A stretch of DNA of 63,106 bases, filler included, from Aduncisulcus paluster (GCA_024181965.1; 12 parts of 12 records of this genome joined end to end with filler, not necessarily neighbours in it); one strand, 5' to 3'; shown: positions 1-11,319, numbered from the whole stretch's first letter. The notes: generated from the letters alone by a model not told the origin. Numbers and translations are program-made.

Positions 1-130
1 CCAGAGAAATCGAAGTTTTCACTTTGTCGAAACAGCGGCTTGATTAATTGATTTAAATTTTATAACTTATAAGCTAAATGAAGTCCTACGGCAAAATTTT
101 ACTTGTGTATTTATAGAACAAAAACAGGGA

Positions 131-1306
131 TTACATGAAACCATTGGGGAAGCCTCCTGCAAGACCATTCATGATTTTTCCTATAAGAGGGGCGAAATCT
201 GGATCACTCATCAATCCGATGGCAGCCATTGGCCCCTCTGTCTTAATCTTTTCGACGATTCCAGGCAACTTGGGTGATTGGAGTGCTCTCTTCACTTCGG
301 GATCGTCTTTACAATCCTTTAATGCGGGGAATTTGACGCACAGTTCATCAAATGCTTTCTGTGCCTCTGGAGAAATCTTAGGGTCCCCATCTGCTGGTTT
401 GGGTTCTTGAGCAGGGACAGGACGAGCATCAGCACTGCATTTTGGTTTATCCTCTTCCTCTTCATCCTTGGCATCTGAGCCAGATTGAGAAGCTCCAGGA
501 GCTTGACCTCCGAACAAACTTCCCATTAATCCTTGGGCCATCTGCATAACAGCAGGGTTGCTCAATAGAGATCCAAGGCCACCCATGCCACCAAGAGCAG
601 CGAATGGATTCGAGGCAGCGGATCCTCTTGCTCCTTCACCCTGCTCGGCATGACCAGCAGAGCTTGATTCTTCTTCGTCTCCAATTACTTCGCTTTCACT
701 CTCGTCTTCTCTCATCTTCTTGCGAGCAATATTGTAGTTTTTGCGATGATCTTCTTTCGTTGGTTCAAGCTCCATTGCTTTCTTGAAGGCTTCGGACGCA
801 GCACTGTAATCTCTTAATTCCATCAAAGCGTTTCCTTTTCTTGAATAACTCTTAACATAGGTAGGTTCAAGGGAAATGGCCTTGTCACAGTCTTCAATGG
901 CATTTTGATGCTGTCCAAGGCGAGTGTAAGCAAGAGCACGATTAGAGTAAACAATATGCGAATTGGGGAATATAAAAAGAGAATCTGAGTACGCTTTGAT
1001 TGCAGCAGGATAATCTTGTTGTTTAAAGAGTTCGTTTCCCCTATCTTTCAAGTTCAATGCTTTAGTTTTTTCCTCTTCAGAATAAAACTTGGTAGATGTC
1101 GAAGATGAGGAAGAATCTCCGGAAAGAGCTGCAAGACCAGCTTTATAAATAGCTTCTAGGGAGTGTTTGGGTTTTTCAATCGGTTCGGATAAGTGCAAAC
1201 CATCACAAATACAATCGATTCCAACACTAATACACTCAGCGTCGGATGGATCCAAAGAAAGATCTCTGAGGTGAGTAATAATGGCTTCAATTAATTCTTT
1301 GTTCAT
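131..1306 (-). CDS. SGT2: SGT2/SGTA-like TPR co-chaperone (GET pathway)
   Basis: N-terminal SGTA-type dimerisation segment (LIEAIITHLR...ECISVGIDCI), three TPRs (KDRGNELFK, YSNRALAY, KSYSRKG), and C-terminal STI1/DP-like segments (LLSNPAVMQMAQ, LMSDPDF). Confidence 0.85.
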   Translation of the reverse strand: MNKELIEAIITHLRDLSLDPSDAECISVGIDCICDGLHLSEPIEKPKHSLEAIYKAGLAALSGDSSSSSTSTKFYSEEEKTKALNLKDRGNELFKQQDYPAAIKAYSDSLFIFPNSHIVYSNRALAYTRLGQHQNAIEDCDKAISLEPTYVKSYSRKGNALMELRDYSAASEAFKKAMELEPTKEDHRKNYNIARKKMREDESESEVIGDEEESSSAGHAEQGEGARGSAASNPFAALGGMGGLGSLLSNPAVMQMAQGLMGSLFGGQAPGASQSGSDAKDEEEEDKPKCSADARPVPAQEPKPADGDPKISPEAQKAFDELCVKFPALKDCKDDPEVKRALQSPKLPGIVEKIKTEGPMAAIGLMSDPDFAPLIGKIMNGLAGGFPNGFM

Positions 1307-1664
1307 TGTATCAAAAATAGATCACGACAATTAATTCCAAAGAGTGGTTTTCGGAATCAATTTGATTTCAAGATTAATACGGGAATCAAACAACTATTTG
1401 TCTATAAAATTGTGACATTCTCTTGGTATTCAAGAAAAATATCCCTTTAAGATGTTTTATTTTTCTGTAGATCGACAGGAAAAACATAACTCAAAATCTA
1501 CTACAATAATTCTATATATCAATGCATATTTTGAAAAAAATTAAGTATATAATAAAATCAATATCAATATAAGTTCATGATCTTAACTACACAATCGACC
1601 TCACAAAATTTTGTGGTTTTGAAGTAGAACAACAACATTTATTAGGTTCCTTCACGTAATTAAT

Positions 1665-3565
1665 ATGTTTCCACAAGATGATAGAAGAATAGAATATAAA
1701 AGACGTCAGAGGGTTCTTGCTGAGCAAGAGAGGGAGAAAACCATGCACCTGTCGTTAGAACAAAAAGTTACAAGACAAATGCAAAAAAAGCGTGAAAGAG
1801 AAGAAATGGAATCAACAATTCGTGCTGCTGCTGAAGCCCGTGATAAACGTCATGCAAATGAAATGAAAAGAAAGCGTATTGTGAAAGATTCTGATGAAAT
1901 TCGTGAATTAGAACGTGCTTTGCAAATAGCTTATGCATCATATGAACAGAAAGGTCAAATTAATACCCGTCATGAGGAGCGGATTAAAGAAAGAGAAGCC
2001 TATGTCGAAGAGGGGAAAATTATGCATCAAAAAGTTGCTGAAGAGGAGGCTGCCATCCGCGAAAGAGAATACAATGAGCGCATTGCAATGCTTGGGCATG
2101 GTTCTATTCTCCGTGGACAGATTGATCAGCGGGAGAAAGATTCTGTTGAGTCTGCCGCGAATCAATTGGCCCATGACAAAGCCATGGTCAATGCTATTAT
2201 CGCACAAATTGATGCCGAGGAAGCTGAGAAAGCCAAACATATTGACGAGGTTAAGAAAGCCACGATTGCTCACATTAAACATTATTTGGAACAAAAGGCA
2301 ATTGTTGCTCACGATCAAAAACTCAGAGACTCTGAAGAAGAAGAAAGGAACGAACGTTATCGTTTGGCACAGGAAGAACGTGAGAGGCAACGTGCTGAAG
2401 CCCGTAAGATTGTGATCCAATCCAATGAAGCCCTCGGTGAGCGTCTTGCTGAAGCCTTACTTAAAAGACAACGTGATATCGAAACTCTTGAGAAACTCCG
2501 TCTTGATCTTGCCGCTGCTCTCCAAGAAGAGAAAGAGTTGCAGAAAGTGCGTGAACAGGAATATGAAAGACTCCGTGTTCGTGATGAACTCATTGAGGCT
2601 GCTCGGCAATCTAAACGCGTGCGTGAGGAACGTGAACGTGCTATTCGAGCCGAGGAAGAGGCTTACAAAGAAGCCATGCTCGAACGTCATGCCAAAGAGT
2701 TGGAGAAAGAGAGGTTGTCTGAACGTAAAAAGAAGCTCGCATTCCATGCTTATGGCCGTGAATTATCTGCAGCAATTGCTCAACGACGTGAGGAACGTAA
2801 GGCCGAACATGCCTCCATGCTTGAAGAAGAGCGGGCTCTCTTATCGACTGGAGATGAACGTAAGAAAATCATTGAAGAAGAGAGGAAGAGACTTATCTTG
2901 ATCTTGCCGCTGCTCTCCAAGAAGAGAAAGAGTTGCAGAAAGTGCGTGAACAGGAATATGAAAGACTCCGTGTTCGTGATGAACTCATTGAGGCTGCTCG
3001 GCAATCTAAACGCGTGCGTGAGGAACGTGAACGTGCTATTCGAGCCGAGGAAGAGGCTTACAAAGAAGCCATGCTCGAACGTCATGCCAAAGAGTTGGAG
3101 AAAGAGAGGTTGTCTGAACGTAAAAAGAAGCTCGCATTCCATGCTTATGGCCGTGAATTATCTGCAGCAATTGCTCAACGACGTGAGGAACGTAAGGCCG
3201 AACATGCCTCCATGCTTGAAGAAGAGCGGGCTCTCTTATCGACTGGAGATGAACGTAAGAAAATCATTGAAGAAGAGAGGAAGAGACTTATTAAGGAACA
3301 TGCTGCCCGTTTGATTGGATTTTTACCGCCTGGCATCCTGCAATCTAAAGAGGATCTTGAACTTTTGCCCCTCGAGGTGCGAGCTGAGGTTAAAAGACAA
3401 AGCGATGTAAGGGAATTGATTCTTCTCGGGTATGATAAGGATACCGCAGAAAAGATGGTTGCAGAGGGATCTGGAGCCAAAGATGCAGAGCGAGCAAGTA
3501 AGGTCAGAGTCAGAACCGAATCTGGATTGAAAATCAAGTCAAGGACTTCTCATGGATTTTGGTAA
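1665..3565 (+). CDS. MNS1: Meiosis-specific nuclear structural protein 1 (TPH-domain axonemal protein), interrupted by a 395-bp tandem duplication
   Basis: Long E/R/K coiled coil ending in IIEEERKRLIKEHAARLIGFLPPGILQSKEDLELL, matching the MNS1 C-terminal signature. Removing one copy of the duplication joins ORFs 1665.. and ..3565. Confidence 0.85.
2501..3290 (+). repeat. Exact 395-bp tandem duplication inside MNS1 (2501-2895 / 2896-3290)
   Basis: Both copies start TCTTGATCTTGCCGCTGC and appear identical. The period is not a multiple of 3, so it causes a frameshift. Probable misassembly. Confidence 0.85.
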
Positions 3566-4086
3566 GGAAGATCTGGAAGCTCCAGTGGAAGAAATAAAAT
3601 GTCCAATTTGTGTTGCTTCAAGTTCAATTCAACTAGTTTATTTTACACCCGGTGACTCATCGGGTGAGTTGTCAACTCAGTGAAACCCTCAAATATCCAA
3701 TTCAGAGACAAAAATATCAGAAATGGCAGACAAATCTCAACATTTGGGATTGTTGAGCCAATTAGTTCGAGAGTAAAAATTACAGGAGGGGATAATTGAA
3801 AGGCCAACGTCTTGAGAGGAGATAAATCCAACTCAGTATCTGTCGAACCTAAGCTTACTAAGCTTATCCATAGTATGGATACAAGATGCTGCTTACCACA
3901 AATGTCATTTGTCAAATGACTCGCAGATAGGGATGTAAGACCCGAATTATGAAAGAAATAATTTTTAGTATTTTATTAGTCTTACCCTAAAAGTATTTTT
4001 TTCTCTTTTTATAGTCGGTCTAAGAAAACATCGGCGTTGATGGTAATCTTTGGTGATTTCCGATCAATGTACAATTACAATATTCG

Positions 4087-4583
4087 ATGGATTTCTACTT
4101 TTCTGAATCCGAATCGTATGTATATTATTCTTGATATCTTTTTTTTTTTGTTCTATATTCTATATAATACTTTTAATCATTATCCAAATATGAAGTGACG
4201 ATAATGATTTATTAATACAATTATTAGCCTCTCATATAAAAGATAGTGCAAAAAAACCGAAAAAACGATCTAAAAAGTCCAAACTCGTATCTCCCTTATC
4301 TGAAAAAGACCAACATGAATTATACAAACTAGATAAAACATATGATGAAATTGTTGCAGAGATAGATGCAGCAACTTCTGTAGTAGCTGCTCCTCGCGAT
4401 ATTAAAAGAGCTAATATTATGTCTGTTGATACGCATGATAAAATCACTTTTAAAATATCAAAGGCTGAAGCCCATAAACACCAACTTACAAGTATGCTCG
4501 CTCAATCACAAAGAATGGGTGATATTATTCACGATAAACAAATTGAAGAGGCTAGAAGGAAAAGAATTAAAAGAGGTGGATAA
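4087..4583 (+). CDS. PRCC: PRCC-like splicing-associated protein; two exons (4087-4115, 4196-4583), 138 aa; absent from the ORF track
   Basis: Splicing GTATGT...TGAAG (4116-4195) gives MDFYFSESESDDNDLLIQLL...KAEAHKHQLTSMLAQSQRMGDIIHDKQIEEARRKRIKRGG*. The KHQL/KHQI segment resembles the PRCC C-terminal domain. Confidence 0.6.
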
Positions 4584-4594
4584 CTTGATCCTGG

Positions 4595-4740
4595 TGGATG
4601 TCTCCCAACCTGACGTTTCTAAAAAACGCATTTTTCGGGAGGGAGTTCTATTGGGAGGCTCTTCGTGCCATGTTCTTGACCCGGTCAAGGGTACTATGTT
4701 TTACTACTTTTACTCACCGCGTGTTTTCACGATGGTGTAA
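4595..4740 (+). repeat. Dispersed ~140-bp element, copy A (copy B at ~14265-14425, minus strand)
   Basis: Shared blocks CCCAACCTGACGTTTC, TAAAAAACGCATTT, GGAGGGAG, TTCTATTGGGAGGCTCTTC and TGTTCTTGACC occur in the same order in both copies. Confidence 0.8.
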
Positions 4741-4983
4741 TTTGAACATTCTTTTTGCATGATGTCGCATGCGACGGATCGCAAATTGAATATGTTCAAT
4801 TTCTCTTATCTGACAACAATAAACTTATTAATTAATCGGTTATTTTTAAAAAAAAATATTGGTGTTTTTATTTTACCCCTGCAAATTCTCCCAAATAGAT
4901 ACATTACCAACAGAATTGGATTTCCTTCGAAAAAGGTTGTTTTGGTAGCTTTTAACGTTTTACATTTACGGCAAAACCTACTT

Positions 4984-5567
4984 ATGACTATAATAGAATC
5001 TGAAAAGGACGTTCATTATGGGGAATCTTCCCAGGCCAAGCTCCAAGACACTTCAAGACGTGCTTTGGGTGCCAAAATTGCCGCTTGTAATGCTGGATAT
5101 TACGATGATGAATATATATCTGCTTTTAAAGGAGTATCGCTGATGGTTTCTCCGCCTCCCGAACTCCGAATCATCCTTAATCGTGGTCATTGCCTAAGGT
5201 GGCAAGTTTTCACTGATGCATGCATATCTTTTATTAAACGGTATAAAATTGCTCAAATTATCTCCGTTGGTTGTGGTTTTGACACTTTACCTTTTCGATT
5301 AATGAAGATGAAAATGGAAGATAAATTTGGAGATCATGTGTTTAAATTTATTGAGGTTGATCTCGTTCCTGTTGTTGCCACAAAATCTGCCAGACTCTCT
5401 CGGTCTCCGTTTAATTCATTCTTTGATAAATCAAATTCTAAAATATCTCAACATGGTGTGTCTTCTGTGAATTATTCTCTCATTTCTTGTGATGCCAGTG
5501 ACCCCACTGCCTTAGCAAAGGGTTTATTCGCCCCAGACTCCGATTTTCATCCACATGGCTGTTGTAA
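4984..5567 (+). CDS. LCMT1: Leucine carboxyl methyltransferase (LCMT1/PPM1 family; TYW4 not excluded), 3'-truncated at contig end
   Basis: LQDT..RALGAK..A..GYYDD, ILNRG..LR, QIISVGCGFDT and FIEVD motifs. Confidence 0.8.
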
Positions 5568-5667
5568 NNNNNNNNNNNNNNNNNNNNNNNNNNNNNNNNN
5601 NNNNNNNNNNNTTAATTAATTAANNNNNNNNNNNNNNNNNNNNNNNNNNNNNNNNNNNNNNNNNNNN
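5568..5667. other. Artificial contig linker (N44-TTAATTAATTAA-N44); also at 8649, 11622, 14749, 17934, 21102, 39430, 44706, 47500, 57356 and 60252
   Basis: Identical 100-nt N/all-frame-stop spacer occurs 11 times, and ORFs are cut abruptly at these linkers. Confidence 0.98.
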
Positions 5668-7309
5668 AGGAGGAGAGAAGAGGATGAAGAAAAGAAGAGA
5701 AAGGAAAAGGAGGAAGAAGAAGAGGAGAGAAAAAGACGAGAACTTGAAAAGCAGAAAAGAGAAGAAGAAAAATTGCAGCTCGAAAAAGAAATCACCAAAA
5801 TTAGAGAAGAAGAAAAGCGAAGGATCCAAGAAGAGGAAGCGACAAGAAGAAAAGAGGAAGAGGAGAAAAGGAAAAAGAGAGAAGAGGAGGAGAGAAAGCA
5901 ACAAGAACTTGAAGAGAGGAGAAGAGAAGAGGAGCACCTTTTGCTTGAGAAAGAACGTGAATTCTTGAAACAACAGAAAGAATTACTGGAACTTGAATGG
6001 AAAAAGAAGCAAGAATGGTTAAAAAATGAACAGATTAGAATTGAGCAAGAAAAGGAAGAAGAAGCAGAAAGAAAGAGAATAGAAGAAGAGAGAAGAGAGA
6101 AAGAGAGAAAAGACTCCGAGAAAACCAAGAATAATGTTGTAGATTCTGTTCATATTAATGAAAGTCCCACTCTTTCTATTCCTTCGCAACCCTATAAAAT
6201 ATTATCTGTTGATTCCATGGTTTCTCTGGCATCCACTCACAATGATTTTTCTCATAAATCTGAACAAGAACTTTCTCAATCTAGTGAGAATCTTGATCTC
6301 TCTCCAGATTCTGTTGTTCTTCCTTCACCTTTCCCTTCTCTTTTGGCTCCTTCTCATGAAGTCAAGGAACATGGCGAGTCAAGCGCCTCAATTAGTGGGA
6401 TCCATTCTTCCAGTACGTTGAATATCCATGGGACACCTAATAATGATCTTGGTGTTTCGGAAGATTCCTTGCGTACTGCCATCTCACCTACTGCTGTTGA
6501 TAAGGATAATACGCAAAAGAAAGTACTTTCTCCGAGTTCATCGGGATGCCTTGATGCGATCACAGCTCAACATAACGATCAAATATCCCATGTTCCTTTT
6601 TACATTCATTTTGATGAAGAGGAAGAGGAAGAGGAAGAAGAAGAGGAAGAGGGAAGAAGAAGAAGAAGAAGAAAGGGATGATGATGTTTTGAAGGAACAA
6701 GGGGAAGAAAAGGATGATGTCTTTCCTCCTCAAATTCTATTTAATCCAATGATATCAGTCCCACCTCCTCACCTAGAAATCAGATTCGACCATAGTTCTC
6801 ACCAATCCACAACAATACAGGAACAGCCAGAAATCAAAGAAATTGATCTCTCAGAGTCTTTGCCTTTGAATCTATTTTTAGATGAGAAGAATACGAGTCA
6901 TCAAATCAAACCCAAAATCCCTCCTCCTGAGTTAACTGTGAATCATTCTATTTCCTTGAGCTCTCCATTGTCCAATTCTACCTATTCAAGGTCTCCTTCG
7001 GCTTCTCGAGATGATGATTCCGAACATGAACCCTCTCTTAGCAAGTCTTTCTCAACTTCTATGGAAAGAGAGAGAGTACCTCGTGATACTGCACATTTTG
7101 AGGAACAACCTGGCTCAATCCTCGCAACAATGGTCTCAACTGATTTCGAACAAAATCTCTCGATGGATCAGGAATTAAAGATTCCTCATTCTATATCAAT
7201 AGACGAGGAAAGCGAAGATGTGACCGATACATTGCATGGCGTTAACTCAGATAAGATCATTGTGTTACTGTACACCGATGAATCTGGAATAATTTACACC
7301 CTCGAATGA
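5668..7309 (+). CDS. Low-complexity E/K/R coiled-coil and Ser/Pro-rich hypothetical protein, 5'-truncated; apparent frameshift in the GAA tract near 6650
   Basis: ORFs 5773-6681 and 6428-7309 overlap at a poly-Glu microsatellite and have the same composition. Confidence 0.6.
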
Positions 7310-7555
7310 AAATATCCTTTTCATTCACCCTGTGGTCTAACAACCTAATAAATATCTAATGGTGAGCCAATTTATTGATTCAAATATCATCATTGTATAT
7401 TCCGGCATACATATCTTATGCCACACACCCACATGTCTTTGGTATTCAGTTATAATATAATATTATTAATAAACAACTTTTTTAACTGATAAATTCAGTT
7501 TCATATTGGAAAATATCTGGATAACTATAGGAATGGAGAAAATTTAAAAATAAAT

Positions 7556-7628
7556 TGGTCGATCTGGGGCTCGAACCCAGGACCTTTGGCTTATCAGACC
7601 AACGCACTACCAACTGTGCAAACCGACC
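7556..7628 (-). tRNA. tRNA-Ile, anticodon GAT
   Basis: GGTCGGT-TT-GCAC-AGTTGGTA-GTGC-G-TTGGT-CTGATAA-GCCAA-AGGTC-CTGGG-TTCGAGC-CCCAG-ATCGACC-A forms a full 73-nt cloverleaf with A/B boxes. No CCA is encoded, and a T5 Pol III terminator lies just downstream. Confidence 0.95.
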
Positions 7629-8235
7629 GATGTTGAAATATTCGGTAGAATATATGAAATAAATAAATAAATTTTCAGAAATCAGCACTGAATTGAAATC
7701 TGTTAAGAAAATTGGATGATTTCATCATTATAATTAATTTAAATACAAAATAAACACGTCAAATTTTTAACAAATCTATTTTTAGATTATCTAAAAATTC
7801 AAAAATTGTCCTCTCGTTTTCTTTCGAAAAAAAATATTTTCTGAGAAAAATACGTGTTTTATAACGTTATCTCACTAAAACTCTTCTATTTCGGTTCCTA
7901 TTTGAAATGCTAACACTCTGATCTCATCAAATACTTGGAATTCATTCTCGTATTGGCTCCAAACAATCGAGTCGGATTTTCAAAATTTCAGAACTGGATC
8001 TTGAAGATCGATTGTTCAAGTTTCATGTTGTGATTCATTATTGAAATCAGTAAATTTGCTATCCCTACAATTAAAATTCTAGAATAACAATGTCAACAGT
8101 GCCTTGGATTCGTAGGGCTTCTCAAAACTCTCTCAACAATGAAATACCATCTTTACTACATATATTTCACACAAATAAATAAACATTCCACCTCTCCCCC
8201 TCCCTCCTTTCTAATTTTCACTCAAGAGAATGGGA

Positions 8236-8648
8236 TTATTTAGAAACAATATCCATAACCATTGATTCATGCTTCTTCTTGTAGTACTCAATCAATTCCT
8301 CCACAGTTGGGAATTTGAACCCATCACCGATCTTTGGAACGAATTTCTTGATTGGGGCAAGCCTTTCACGAGCTTCACGAACAGAGATACGATCACTCAC
8401 ATGCAACTGTGTGAGATCCTTGAAAACATCCAATACACATTCGGCAACGGTAGCATTAGCCTTCTTGAGAGAACACCACGACTCATCAATCTGCAAATTT
8501 GGTTTCATGCTATCAGATTCCAACAGTTTCGTGAGAGTCTGAGTAATATCGGACTTTCCACGGAGTAAAGGACAGTGTTCATATGGAACAAGCCCAGAGA
8601 AGACGGAAAAGATACAAAGACCAAGAGCATACGCGTCACTCTTCTGGG
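8236..8648 (-). CDS. Protein kinase C-terminal lobe (5'-truncated), same expanded family as 42501-44705
   Basis: QKSDAYALGLCIFSVFSGLVPY (subdomain IX) ... VFKDLT..SDRISVREARERL..IK..P.IG.G parallels the tail of the 42501 kinase. Confidence 0.7.
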
Positions 8649-8748
8649 NNNNNNNNNNNNNNNNNNNNNNNNNNNNNNNNNNNNNNNNNNNNTTAATTAA
8701 TTAANNNNNNNNNNNNNNNNNNNNNNNNNNNNNNNNNNNNNNNNNNNN

Positions 8749-8982
8749 TTCTTCCTCATCTTCAGCAACTTCGATCTTTTCGCTTTCTTTTCTCCTCATT
8801 CTCTTCTTCCCAAATACATGCATCACTCTCTCCATTTCGTTTCTGGTGGCGAATGCCGCCTCGATCTCAGTTGGGGTGGGCAGACGGACAAACCCATCAA
8901 CTGCCATCTTACGTAGTTCCTTCAGGATAGAGCGGGATATTTTTCCGGAAATTAACATCTCCATAATGGGGTAAAAGGTCAT
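8749..8982 (-). CDS. Hypothetical protein N-terminus, truncated at contig end
   Basis: Open frame MTFYPIMEMLISG...EDEEE runs into the linker; no recognisable motif. Confidence 0.3.
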
Positions 8983-9416
8983 AAGCTCCTTCGAAGACCT
9001 TGGGAAAAACAGAAAAAGAAAAGCAGGATTGCTCCACAAAGGATTGAAAAAATGAAATTGACGTGGCTGAAACGTCCACTGTTATCAGGCCTGGGTCAGT
9101 CTAAGTCGAACTAGCGTTCACTGTACCAAATTTATTATTTCGTCGGGCTCATCCGAACCCACTACACACGGATTCGCCTGGGAATTGTTCGCCAAACTTT
9201 CTCAAAATATTTTCTAAAAATTTCTAAAAATAGATTTTCTTGACATTGACATACCTGTTTGATTTTGGTCATAGAAAGACCAGAAGACCACCTGAAACGG
9301 AATAATATAAAAAAATGCATAGAAAAGGGGAATCTGCAACCTTTACTTGTTAAATTCATGTTTATTCGATTATTATTCTACCTAACGAATCCCGTGTTAC
9401 ATGAAGGTTCACCACT

Positions 9417-9891
9417 TTGAGCCACAGTGCCTGGCACCCACGTTCCACCGTTTACACTTTCTTCTGTTGTTGTCACATCAAGCGCCATTTGGGTCATCTT
9501 ACTTCGGACATATCCACCAACCCGATGGAAAATTATCGTTCTAGTGCCCTTAACAAGCTCTTCGAACTAAGATGCATACATCATCTTGGATGGAATATGA
9601 ATCAGCTGGTAGATCTGCCTTCTATTTCAAAAACAGAACGATCGCAACAAGATTGCTCCACGCATTCCCTTAGAGTGTTCGAGTTAGAATTCATATGATG
9701 GCGAACGTTTGCCACCAAGATGTCCTCTCTGTCACCGAGAAAATACCCAAACTCACCTCCTTGGGGGCTGCCCAGACACAATGCCACTATACCGACAACG
9801 TCATCATGACATAAGGGAGAAAAAAGCAGGATTGATCAGAGAATTTAAACTTGCCTGGGAGATCGAAGAGGAAGATTTTCTCTATCAATAA
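9417..9891 (+). pseudogene. Degenerate fragment of an RLE-type (R2/NeSL/CRE-like) non-LTR retrotransposon C-terminus
   Basis: CPLCHRENTQTHLLGGCPDTMPLYRQRHH fits the CxxC-x(7)-H-x4-C zinc knuckle followed by the RH motif that precedes the restriction-like endonuclease. Upstream frames are broken. Confidence 0.55.
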
Positions 9892-10887
9892 GCGTTTCAA
9901 TTCCCTTTCTCTCCTCGAATTAGATTTACAAAAAAGACCATTCAGCTCCATCTCACATATTTTCTTGGTTACCGGGTAAATTGTTAAACTTTTGCTTACT
10001 CTATAGAAGAAGAAAGATACGCTTAAATAATATTTGCATGTACCTTTCATCTCCATATGTAGAAGATCTATCCCAAAGAGGTCGCAACCGTCTCGTATCT
10101 CACACTCCTTTCCCTCCAACCAATCCTTCACACTCACCATTTGGCCCGATTGTTTTCCTGTTCAGAACACACAGTTGTTCGGGAAGCTATTCTTTAGATC
10201 CGCCAGCTTTACCCTCTGATGGGTGTCAGCCGCTATGGCAAAGACCTTCAGATGAACTTTAACCAACAGAGAACCCACAGTGACGATGAATGGAGACCTT
10301 GTTGTCCTTTACACCGAATAGTAAGGATAAATTTGCCACACAAGGTGCATTTTGCTCTTACACGGTTTTTTCTATACGACCCATCCAAAATCTTTTGAAT
10401 AATCAAGACAGTATCTCACCATGCCCATATCACTCACATCAACCTGATTTTTGTTCAAGATAACGTCAACGTAAATAACACTAGAGACAAGCGAACCACG
10501 AATCAGTTTGCCGTGGATAAGACTAACCCCATGTTTTAGCATAAGGGATGATTTAAAATAATCAACGGGGCTCATAAAAAGCAGATCAACCTCCTTCTCA
10601 CCAGACTTTACAAAAGTGGAAACACAATCACGAAAATCCTTAAATTCTGGGAGAATCTCAGAACACACACCTCTAAAACTTACTCTTCAGTCAAAGGATC
10701 ACCAAATTGCAAAATAGAAGGTGCAAGTCCGCCAGTCTGCGATATCGGCGGTGTTCGAAAAACCGGCATAGAATATGAAAATGGAAGTCTTTAACTTCCT
10801 TTTATCAGTTAACGTGATAAACTTTTGCTTATCTCTGGAATCCCTATGGGATTCACTCGCGCCTGGAGGTGTTCCTCCTTCGGCCAT
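9890..10887 (-). pseudogene. Frameshifted ORF remnant, possibly a Mutator-like transposase N-terminus
   Basis: Pieces MAEGGTPPG..., ...YCLDYSKDFGWVV / RKNRVRAKCTLCGKFIL / ..VSIHRHC resemble the MuDR-type Zn DNA-binding domain. Many stops and shifts are present. Confidence 0.3.
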
Positions 10888-11319
10888 CAAATCATAAGTA
10901 ATACTATTTTTACGTACAGCAAAATGCATTTTGTGGTAGTACTTGAATAAAACACAATAAAATTTTATATACGAATCGTAACGGTTCCACAATTTATTAT
11001 AATTCTGATATGACGGTAATCAACCGGTACCGTCGTGCCCAGCCGCCGCCAACAGTGTCAGGAAATCTCGCTCCCAGGAGATCTAACCGTACTATTGTAT
11101 TAAAACATAATAATAGATCATGTTGGCTATTACCACAGTATAGTGTAGTATAGGAAGTATAGTACAGCCGTATAGGGAAAATGAATAAATATATTGTTAT
11201 GATATTTTAGGTATTTTTATATGATTTTATTTTATTTCTCATGTTGCTATTTTTAGCTTCGGTTTATTTGTTTGTTTCAGTAAATTTGCAACGTTATAAC
11301 AATAATATTATTGAAAATA

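Noticed and set aside
2501-3290. Apparent programmed frameshift or two-gene MNS1
   Set aside because: An exact 395-bp duplication with no visible divergence that breaks a conserved gene; most simply a misassembly.
3643-3960. Minus-strand 90-105 aa ORF between MNS1 and PRCC
   Set aside because: No ATG start or recognisable motif; coding status is unsupported.
5568-5667. Recurrent TTAATTAATTAA flanked by N runs
   Set aside because: Artificial concatenation linker, so gene neighbourhoods across it were not interpreted.
9135-9165. Hammerhead-like CGGATGAG...GAAA on the minus strand
   Set aside because: The core is CGGATGA rather than CTGATGA, and it folds as a simple hairpin with no stems I/III.
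11024-11050. GTGCCCAGCCGCCGC resembling the SSU rRNA 515 region
   Set aside because: Only a short imperfect match with no flanking rRNA similarity.
11115-11152. U2 snRNA-like words (TTGGCTA...AGTGTAGTAT)
   Set aside because: The spacing is wrong, stem I and an Sm-site context are absent, and it lies in a simple GTATA-type repeat.
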